NCBI GenBank assembly: GCA_965217035.1
Contig: OZ244226.1
Span: forward strand, 1,594,146 to 1,658,145
Origin: Bacteriovoracaceae bacterium
Lineage (GTDB): Bacteria > Bdellovibrionota > Bacteriovoracia > Bacteriovoracales > Bacteriovoracaceae
Direction of reading: 5' to 3'
DNA length: 64,000 nucleotides
Part shown: positions 40,854 through 48,617 of the stretch, in pieces
How positions within the stretch are numbered: position 1 is the first letter of the stretch
How the letters are laid out: the number at the start of each line of letters is the position of its first letter
The notes under the pieces: model-generated
The model's input: only the letters and a program-made list of their open reading frames with translations
What the model was told of the DNA's origin: nothing
The model's database searches: none
Position numbers and translations under genes: made by a program

Positions 40854-42176
40854 TTAATTTAAACCAGTGCCACACGCACCATCTGATATAGCCTGAGTTA
40901 TTTTGTCTTCATCTCGAGCTGTCACGTTGATGAGCTCCACTTCGTTTTGGTACAGTGTATATCGAGGATTTTTGAATGCTTTCGAAGGTTTATATCTTAA
41001 TCGGCATTTTCCAAACTTGAGCGGAGAAATCTTACCAGAGAAGTTAGCATTGCCTCCAAACAGCCATTCAATATTATCAAATCTATAATATTCTTTATCT
41101 GTGAAGAGACTAAAAGAATCAATAAGCGTAAAAACTATTTCGCCAGTTGTTTTTGCGTATAAGCTGAATCTTAGATCATTCATTCCTTTTCCTAATTTGA
41201 TAGTTGATGCTTTGTTATTGCTTCCAATTGTAAAATTTGCTGAGCTCACACGAAGGTATTCAATGGGTCTTTGAGCAACAAAGGGATCCGAGAGTTCGGC
41301 TTCTATCCAGACGTTCTTACCAAATAGTTTACCATTGACTAGTCCGCCAACGCTAATTGCTTTTTGCTCGTTATCTAGCGTGCTGAGAACTAGACCTTCC
41401 TCAATTTTTGTACTTCTTGCTAGATTGATTTCAATTTTATTTTTATCGTTTGATCCCAAGGTGATGTATTTGAAATTCGCTTTCTTGAATGTCTGTAGAA
41501 CTTTAGAGATATTCAGACTTGCCCAGTAGTTAGAGGATAGTTTGAAATTCAGGCTACGAGATTTCCGTGAATCACTGTCGTATTTCTTCTCAATGACATA
41601 TCGGTAAAGAGTTTCATGAATGATTGCTGCAGCGATATTTTTGTCATTCATGGATAAAATTAAGTCTGAATTGATTTTATATCTTTTTATTAAGCTGCTT
41701 CCTTTTTTTAAATCACTGTCTTCAGGTTCTCTGTGAATAATCAATTGCTTTATTGAGCACCCTTTAGGAATACTATCATGATCAGAGTCTTGGATGTCAG
41801 CTAGTTCATCAGTGGTAAATATCGTGTTCTCATACTTGTTAAATCTTTTTTTCGCAAGTTCTGGTCTTTTTAAGACGTTCTTTTGAAAAGCACTGATATC
41901 ATTGGTCAATTCCTGGGCATGCGTCATAAATTGCTGACTGAGTAGGGGGACGTATTTTTCTAACTTTCCAAAAGCTCCCTCTACCATTGATTTAAAGTCT
42001 GCTCCATAAGAGTCTAAATTGAAATCATAGCTAGAAAGCCCTTCATATTCTACGTAGTCGAGCATTCGAGGTGACTTCCAGTTAGGACAAACCACGACAT
42101 CTCCTCCATTTCCCCTTTCATTGTCGGCAAAGGTAATTGAAGGTAATAGTATGAGTAATAAAATCATTTTTTTCAT
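40854..42176 (-). CDS. Secreted hypothetical protein with GNGGD...C N-terminus and HExxY motif
   Basis: Signal peptide, ERGNGGDVVVC, LDYVE, AAAIIHETLY. ATGA overlap with the upstream regulator. Confidence 0.75.
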   Translation of the reverse strand: MKKMILLLILLPSITFADNERGNGGDVVVCPNWKSPRMLDYVEYEGLSSYDFNLDSYGADFKSMVEGAFGKLEKYVPLLSQQFMTHAQELTNDISAFQKNVLKRPELAKKRFNKYENTIFTTDELADIQDSDHDSIPKGCSIKQLIIHREPEDSDLKKGSSLIKRYKINSDLILSMNDKNIAAAIIHETLYRYVIEKKYDSDSRKSRSLNFKLSSNYWASLNISKVLQTFKKANFKYITLGSNDKNKIEINLARSTKIEEGLVLSTLDNEQKAISVGGLVNGKLFGKNVWIEAELSDPFVAQRPIEYLRVSSANFTIGSNNKASTIKLGKGMNDLRFSLYAKTTGEIVFTLIDSFSLFTDKEYYRFDNIEWLFGGNANFSGKISPLKFGKCRLRYKPSKAFKNPRYTLYQNEVELINVTARDEDKITQAISDGACGTGLN

Positions 42177-42967
42177 TGTAGTTTCCTTTGTTTTAAATTT
42201 GTTAGTGGATACATTTGTATTGCTATTTGATAAACTTCGTCTCTTTGGCCATCGGAGAGAAGCACCATCATTTTTTTCCTAAATTCTCTGATAATCGACT
42301 TCGCTTCAGATATTTTTTCTGAGTTAATTGCAATTGTGACAGTAGAATAATCTCTGTCCTCAACGGCACACTCATCAAGTTTATCTTGGGATAATTCTAG
42401 GACCTCTTTATGAGCGTTTCGGAGTGTTTCCGAAGGGATGTCTTCTGTTGTCGCCAGTGGCTCGGTCGTTTTTATATATTGATTTTTTTCAGTTTTAATA
42501 AACCCTGCCATTTCTAAATTTTCTAAAACGACCTTAACTCTCTCTTTTGAAATATTGATTCTGCTCGCGATAAAAGTTTCGCTACTTTCAAAATCATTAG
42601 TGTCTAGCAAAGACAGGACGGCGTAATGTTCCCATTCCGCAATAATTTTATAGTGAGAGTCGTCTATTAGGTGCCTTTGAGTCACTGAGTCTTCAGAAAT
42701 TTCAATTTCATCGAGTTTAACTTTTGTCCTGTAAAGACTTTCGCTAAAGAGAGTTTTTTCTATCGGACTCAAGGGCAGAGTTTCCAACAGATGTTTTATT
42801 TTTTTTGTTGGAACAAGCCTTCTTCCTTTTAGCACTTCAAAGATGGTTGATCTTGGTAAATCAAGGTCTCTGGCGAATGCTCTGACGGAGTAACTGTTAT
42901 TTCTAGACTTTCGCAACTCAAAAACTTCATTTAATTTTTTTACAAAATATCTATCTTGGTAATTCAT
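42173..42967 (-). CDS. TIGR02147/DUF4423-like HTH regulator
   Basis: RNNSYSVRAFARDL...EVLKGRR HTH, IAEWEHYAVL, R-DYS, IREFRKK, VYQIAIQMYPL. Start placed at ATG 42967. Confidence 0.85.
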   Translation of the reverse strand: MNYQDRYFVKKLNEVFELRKSRNNSYSVRAFARDLDLPRSTIFEVLKGRRLVPTKKIKHLLETLPLSPIEKTLFSESLYRTKVKLDEIEISEDSVTQRHLIDDSHYKIIAEWEHYAVLSLLDTNDFESSETFIASRINISKERVKVVLENLEMAGFIKTEKNQYIKTTEPLATTEDIPSETLRNAHKEVLELSQDKLDECAVEDRDYSTVTIAINSEKISEAKSIIREFRKKMMVLLSDGQRDEVYQIAIQMYPLTNLKQRKLQ

Positions 42968-43011
42968 GAAAGAGGTATAACGTAAAGATAAGTGCATAGC
43001 AATAAAATCGT

Positions 43012-43040
43012 GGACAAAGTGTCCCGTGCTTAAGGGACAC
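43012..43040. promoter_or_regulatory. Nested palindromes upstream of the TIGR02147-like gene (candidate operator)
   Basis: GGACA-aag-TGTCC (43012-43024) overlapping GTGTCCC-N8-GGGACAC (43019-43040), GC-rich in AT-rich surroundings. Confidence 0.5.
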
Positions 43041-43476
43041 ATAATTATTAATTAAAAATAAAACTGCATCAGTTCATAAAGTGTGACGAAATTTCAGTAA
43101 AAAATTTGAGTTTGATTATTTTTGTGAATAAATTTATGTATTTAGACCCTTAGGAAGAGTTAAAAGTCCCATTAGTTGGTCAATACTTTTCTATAAGTAA
43201 CAGAAAAAAGAAACTCGAGAGAATTGTAATAACTGTAGCATCTTTTCAGTTGGGTGAATTTATAAAGGGATAGGCTCTTATGATTCTAATCGATACCGCC
43301 GATAGATATATTATGAAGAAAACTATACTGAAAATATTAATTTTTTTTACTTTGCTCCAATAGCATTGTAATTGCGAATAACCTAGAAACTACTAGTCAT
43401 CACTGCCCTTTAAATCTAAGCAAAGAGTATCAGGTTTTCCATATTAGAAGAATGAGAATAATAGGAAAATTTTTAT

Positions 43477-44241
43477 TCATATTTTGAAAACGAGCCCGAA
43501 GATAATTTGAGTGAGCTCTTCAACATACTCATAGATCTCATTAGGGGAATCAAGCTCGAAGTCTTTTGATGGTCCCCAGTAAAGCTTTCCATGAGTGATA
43601 TTTACATTGAACTTAAGGTTTGATGAATAATGATAAAGAGTATTGAAGTAAACTTCTTTTCTGTATTTTGTAATTCCATTTTTTAAACTCAGTCTATTGT
43701 ACTGACCATAACGAAGACTAAAATTAATGAATGGAGATCCTTTTTTAAACCAAAAATAGGTCAGGCCAGGTCTAAAATGAAGCAGTCGCATTCCAGTATG
43801 AAGCTTTGTTTGATGACTGGTTCGCAATTCAAGAATCCATCGTTGCCCAGGAAGAAAATCTAGCATGAATCTTGGATAGACCTCTGCTTCAATGATATCA
43901 AGGTGGACACTATCGACATCTCTCCAGAACCAGATATCAGAACTGGGTGTTGTTTCTAGCCAATCATCATCTTCTCTATGCCCCCATTCATTGAGGTAAA
44001 ATAATCCCACTTTTAAATTGGGATGGAGTCGATAACGACCACCAATTCGAAATTGACCAATACTTCTATTATCAACTTGAGAGCTTCGATAAATACTGGC
44101 CAGTCCATCCCATTTATCATCAAAGTCATGAATGGCGGTTATAGATCCTCCTATGAGAAATCTCTTTATATCTTTAGGGAAATGATCATGAGCGATTGCC
44201 TGAAGACTAAGAAATGCGAAGAGAGCTTTAATCATAATCAA
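43477..44241 (-). CDS. Outer-membrane beta-barrel protein (DUF2490-like)
   Basis: Signal peptide, aromatic/Arg-rich alternating strands, C-terminal FGLVFKI. Confidence 0.55.
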   Translation of the reverse strand: MIMIKALFAFLSLQAIAHDHFPKDIKRFLIGGSITAIHDFDDKWDGLASIYRSSQVDNRSIGQFRIGGRYRLHPNLKVGLFYLNEWGHREDDDWLETTPSSDIWFWRDVDSVHLDIIEAEVYPRFMLDFLPGQRWILELRTSHQTKLHTGMRLLHFRPGLTYFWFKKGSPFINFSLRYGQYNRLSLKNGITKYRKEVYFNTLYHYSSNLKFNVNITHGKLYWGPSKDFELDSPNEIYEYVEELTQIIFGLVFKI

Positions 44242-44881
44242 AATCTAAAATATCAGTATAAGCTTCTTGAATCTTTACGGTATTTTCTAAGTTGCCTTTT
44301 TCTGGATCATAATCCCAGTTTAGCTTTTTAGTCCATGGAAGAGATTTTGGTGTCGAAACGCTCTTGCCTGGTTTGGCAACAATTCCTTCTCCTGCATTAA
44401 CGATGATTTCTTTTTTGAATCCATCATTTGTAACAGCGACCTTGCCTTCATTAACGCACATCCAGACATCCCCCTCTTTTCCATATGAGGCAAAAAAAGC
44501 AGTTCCTCGAACACCCATTGCAACCCCTTTTGCTTTTAAGCTAAAAGAGTTTCTTTGTTTTTTGTTAACAGACTTTTTTATAAAGGAAAAAAGGCTTCCT
44601 CTTTTTAATTCGGTACTTGGTGTTTGAGATCCCATTTTACTGAGGTCTATAGTTGAGTTCTCATTTATTTTTAAGGTGCTATCATCGACTTTTATGACAG
44701 CAAGAGACTTTGCACCTGTTTCAACTAGATAGGGCCTTTTGATTTTAGTAGTATGCTTTTTAACGATTTTTCCATTGAGCTTCACTTCTCCTTTTAAATG
44801 AAGAAATTTAGCAGAGAAGGAAAAAGCAAAATGAACAGAGCAAATGATTGGTATAAGAATTAAGTATTTCATGAACCTCAT
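44228..44881 (-). CDS. FecR-domain secreted protein
   Basis: VETGAKSLAVI, LKINENS, L-x-RG, AMGVRGTAF, VNEGKVAV are typical FecR-domain motifs. Start at 44881 or 44872. Confidence 0.85.
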   Translation of the reverse strand: MRFMKYLILIPIICSVHFAFSFSAKFLHLKGEVKLNGKIVKKHTTKIKRPYLVETGAKSLAVIKVDDSTLKINENSTIDLSKMGSQTPSTELKRGSLFSFIKKSVNKKQRNSFSLKAKGVAMGVRGTAFFASYGKEGDVWMCVNEGKVAVTNDGFKKEIIVNAGEGIVAKPGKSVSTPKSLPWTKKLNWDYDPEKGNLENTVKIQEAYTDILDFDYD

Positions 44882-45011
44882 GCTATAGAATCTCGTTAAG
44901 TCGTGCAAAACACAGGTTTTGTGCGTCTGGTTAAGAAGTTTCTTACTCTTGCTAAAACTCAGTGCATGGGATAGAACCAGGGTACATCGAGATCTTTGTC
45001 AGGAGCCATAA

Positions 45012-45962
45012 GTGAGGCGAATCGTTTTAGTTTCTGGAAGTTCAAATCCTGAGCTTTCTAAAAGTATTTCCAATATTTTAGATGTCCCTTTGGTTGATCC
45101 GCAGATTATTAAGTTTGCAAACGGAGAGCTCTATTGTGAGATCGAAAAGAACGTTAGAGGGGCAGATGTTTTTGTTCTTCAATCGACTTGCTTTCCAGCA
45201 AATGACAATATTATGGAATTGCTTATTATGCTTGATGCGCTTAAAAGAGCTTCTGCAAGTTCGGTAACCGCAGTAATTCCTCATTATGGATATTCAAGGC
45301 AAGATAGAAAGGTGGCACCACGTTCGCCAATTTCAGCTAAGCTTGTTGCTGATCTCTTAACTGCGGCAGGAGCTGATCGAGTGATCACGATGGACCTTCA
45401 TGCTGGTCAGATTCAGGGTTTCTTTAATATTCCTTTTGATAATATCTATGCTTCGCCAGTTCTTCTTCAATATATTAGCAATGAAATTGCATCCAAGTCA
45501 GATAATTTCGCTTGTGTTTCCCCTGATAGTGGAGGGGTTGAGCGAGTTCGTCATTTTGCTAAAAAGTTAAAATGTGATCTTGCGATGATTGATAAGCGAC
45601 GAACAGCACATAATGTTGCAAAAGCTTATAATGTTGTTGGTGATATCGAAGGAAGAGATCTTATCATTGTGGATGATATGATTGATACAGCTGGTACACT
45701 TGTTGAGGCAGCTAAGGCCCTTAAGGCAAATGGTGGTCAAAAGATTTATGCTTGTGCCACCCACGCTATTTTTTCAGATCCTGCAGTAGAAAGACTGGGA
45801 GAATGTGAAGAACTCGAGCAAGTGATTGTTACTGATACTATTCCTCTTACCGATAAAGCGAAAGCTCTTGATAAGATTAAAGTGATTACAACATCTAATA
45901 TCTTGGCAAAAGCGATTCATAGAACTTTTAATCACGATTCGGTAAGTTCACTTTTTATTTAA
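45012..45962 (+). CDS. prs: Ribose-phosphate pyrophosphokinase
   Basis: GTG start with AGGAG RBS; YSRQDRK, DLHAGQIQGFF, VDDMIDTAGT. Confidence 0.98.
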   Translation: MRRIVLVSGSSNPELSKSISNILDVPLVDPQIIKFANGELYCEIEKNVRGADVFVLQSTCFPANDNIMELLIMLDALKRASASSVTAVIPHYGYSRQDRKVAPRSPISAKLVADLLTAAGADRVITMDLHAGQIQGFFNIPFDNIYASPVLLQYISNEIASKSDNFACVSPDSGGVERVRHFAKKLKCDLAMIDKRRTAHNVAKAYNVVGDIEGRDLIIVDDMIDTAGTLVEAAKALKANGGQKIYACATHAIFSDPAVERLGECEELEQVIVTDTIPLTDKAKALDKIKVITTSNILAKAIHRTFNHDSVSSLFI

Positions 45963-45963
45963 T

Positions 45964-46542
45964 ATGATTAAGCTAGTTGTTGGTCTTGGAAATCCTGGCA
46001 CAGAGTACGAGTTTACTAGACATAATATTGCATGGATTCTTTTCGACCAATACCAACCTCTCCAAGCTGTTAACTGGAAATCGAAGTGGAAAGGAGAGTA
46101 TACTGATATTACCGTTGCTGGTAATAAAGTTTATTTTTTAAAACCAATGACGTATATGAACCTTAGCGGAGAATCAGTTGGACCGATGGCAAACTTTTTT
46201 AAAATTAAACCAAGTGAAATTTTAGTTGTTCAAGATGAAGTTGATCTTCCTTTTGGAACCTTGGCTTTTAAAAACGGAGGAGGTCTTGCAGGCCACAATG
46301 GCTTGAAGTCCATCACTCAGCATGTTGGTACCCAAGACTTTTATCGATTAAGACTTGGTGTTGGCCGTCCGAATAAAGGAAGCATGAGTAGTTGGGTACT
46401 TTCCTCTTTTAAGGGCGATGATATAAAACATCTTGAAGATTTTATGATTGGTTCAGTTCAGGCCCTTGAGGATATTTTGATGAAAGATTTTAAAAGTACT
46501 CAAAATAAATATAATAAGAAAAATTTTATAAAGGATAAATAA
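45964..46542 (+). CDS. pth: Peptidyl-tRNA hydrolase
   Basis: GLGNPG, TRHN, KPMTYMNLSG, GHNGLKS. Confidence 0.97.
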   Translation: MIKLVVGLGNPGTEYEFTRHNIAWILFDQYQPLQAVNWKSKWKGEYTDITVAGNKVYFLKPMTYMNLSGESVGPMANFFKIKPSEILVVQDEVDLPFGTLAFKNGGGLAGHNGLKSITQHVGTQDFYRLRLGVGRPNKGSMSSWVLSSFKGDDIKHLEDFMIGSVQALEDILMKDFKSTQNKYNKKNFIKDK

Positions 46543-47652
46543 ATGGGATTAAATTGTGGAATTGTCGGTTTACCGAATGTGGGAAAATCAACGATCTTTA
46601 GAGCATTGACTGCTAGTCCAGCTGAAGCAGCCAATTATCCTTTTTGTACAATAGAACCTAACGTTGGTGTTGTTGAAGTTCCAGATCAAAGATTGAATAA
46701 AATTTCGAGCATGATTACTCCTCAAAAGACAATTCCATCGATCGTTGAATTTGTTGATATTGCAGGTCTTGTTAAAGGAGCCTCGAAAGGGGAAGGGCTT
46801 GGCAATCAATTCCTAGGTCATATCCGTCAGGTTGGGGCCATCTGTCACGTTGTTCGATGTTTTGAAGATGATAATATTGTTCATGTAAATGGAAAAATTG
46901 ATCCACTTGGTGATGTTGAGACTATTAATTACGAGCTTTGCCTTGCTGACCTTGAGACAGTAGATAAAAGGTTGAGTGGAATTGAAAAACTCTTAAAATC
47001 GCATGACAAAAAACTTAAAGAAAAAGGTTTAATTTCCAAGCCGATTCTCGAACGTTTAAAAGTTGCCTTAGAAGAAGGAGAAGCTGCTCGTTCACTTGGT
47101 TTAGAGGATGAAGAAATTGAAGCAATTTCTGACCTTCATTTGATAACTTTAAAGCCGATTCTCTATGTTTGTAATGTCGACGAAGATAGCTTGTTAGAAG
47201 ATAATGAGTATGTAAAATCGATTAAGAATCTTGCACAGAAAGAAAGCTCTGGCGTGGTGAAGATTTGTGGAAAGATAGAGTCTGAAATTTCAGAGCTTGA
47301 AAGCGAAGAAGAAAAAAAAGAGTTTTTAGAAAGTGTCGGCTTAGGCGAATCAGGTCTTTCTCAGCTTATTAAGAGTGGCTATAACTTATTAGGTCTTCAA
47401 ACTTATTTTACAGCAGGAGAAAAAGAAGTTCGTGCTTGGACTTATAAGGGTGGAGCTAAGGCACCAGAGGCTGCTGCTGTTATTCATACGGATTTTCAAA
47501 AAGGATTCATTAAGGCTGAGGTCTTTCATTGTAACGACCTTTTTGAATATGGATCTGAGCTTAAGGTAAAAGAGGCTGGAAAGCTTCGCATTGAAGGGAA
47601 AGAGTATATCGTTAAAGATGGTGATGTTATGCATTTTCGCTTTAACGTCTGA
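46543..47652 (+). CDS. ychF: Redox-regulated ATPase YchF
   Basis: GLPNVGKST, NYPFCTIEPN, DIAGLVKGAS, KDGDVMHFRFNV. Confidence 0.98.
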   Translation: MGLNCGIVGLPNVGKSTIFRALTASPAEAANYPFCTIEPNVGVVEVPDQRLNKISSMITPQKTIPSIVEFVDIAGLVKGASKGEGLGNQFLGHIRQVGAICHVVRCFEDDNIVHVNGKIDPLGDVETINYELCLADLETVDKRLSGIEKLLKSHDKKLKEKGLISKPILERLKVALEEGEAARSLGLEDEEIEAISDLHLITLKPILYVCNVDEDSLLEDNEYVKSIKNLAQKESSGVVKICGKIESEISELESEEEKKEFLESVGLGESGLSQLIKSGYNLLGLQTYFTAGEKEVRAWTYKGGAKAPEAAAVIHTDFQKGFIKAEVFHCNDLFEYGSELKVKEAGKLRIEGKEYIVKDGDVMHFRFNV

Positions 47653-47729
47653 TTTTGACGCGTCATATTTTTCATTCATAAGTTGATCCTATAGAGTTTT
47701 TTAGTCAACTATATCTTAAGGATAAAAAT

Positions 47730-48617
47730 ATGCTCATGAAATCTTTGGTCTTATTCTGTTTAACTTTTAATTTGTATGCTCATTTAGGAGATCGTTCAGA
47801 CTCCGGCATCTATGGAAAGCCTTATAAAGAAATTGTACAGGATCTGAGAAAACTTGCGGAAGAGAATCCTGAAATTGTTAGTATTCACAAATATGGTGAA
47901 TCAATTAAAGGAAAGCCACTTATTGCTTTAAGGATTAAGGCCCCTTTACGAAGAAGAGAACATAAAAGAGCAGTTCTTATTTCTGGTTCGATTCATGGTA
48001 ATGAATATCTAAATATTGCTGATCGTTTGCCAGCTTGGTTCGTTAAAAACGCAAGAAAAAAGAGAAGTGTATTTAATTATCTTTCCTCAGGGGGAGTTAT
48101 CTATATTGCTCCAATCTTAAATCCTGATGGTTACGATAGAAGATCACGATATAATGCCGCGGGAGCTGACCTTAATAGAGATTTTACGATTAAAGAAGCA
48201 GGTTATAGCGCCTTCAAGCATCCTGAAACAAAACAACTAACAAATTTTCTACACCGAGAGGTCTCTCGTAACGAATTAAAACTGGAAGTCACAGTTGATT
48301 ATCATTGTTGTGATGGATCTTTGCTCTACCCTTGGTCATATAAGAAAGAAAAAATGCCAGAAAGTGATCTCGTTCGCCATGTGAAAATTGGTGAGCTCAT
48401 GAAAGAGTTTATTAATCCAAGGTATAGACATGGAATTACAGGAGAAGTTTTAGGTTATTATCCGCTAGGTACTTCAAAGGATTATTATTACGAGCGCTAT
48501 CGAGCCTTGGCTTTTACATTCGAAGGTGCTTACAGAAAAGAAAATAAAAATTTTGATAAGCATACTGAATGGTGGAGCAATATTTTTAAATTTCTTTTGA
48601 AGCGTAAAAGAAACTAG
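47730..48617 (+). CDS. Secreted M14 zinc carboxypeptidase family protein
   Basis: HGNE, NPDG, R-x-N...DLNRDF, DYH zinc ligands; signal peptide. Confidence 0.9.
   Translation: MLMKSLVLFCLTFNLYAHLGDRSDSGIYGKPYKEIVQDLRKLAEENPEIVSIHKYGESIKGKPLIALRIKAPLRRREHKRAVLISGSIHGNEYLNIADRLPAWFVKNARKKRSVFNYLSSGGVIYIAPILNPDGYDRRSRYNAAGADLNRDFTIKEAGYSAFKHPETKQLTNFLHREVSRNELKLEVTVDYHCCDGSLLYPWSYKKEKMPESDLVRHVKIGELMKEFINPRYRHGITGEVLGYYPLGTSKDYYYERYRALAFTFEGAYRKENKNFDKHTEWWSNIFKFLLKRKRN

Noticed and set aside
40490..45011. Prophage/ICE integrated at tRNA-Gln
   Set aside because: No integrase, phage or conjugation genes, and no duplicated tRNA 3' end seen. Kept only as a possible old islet.
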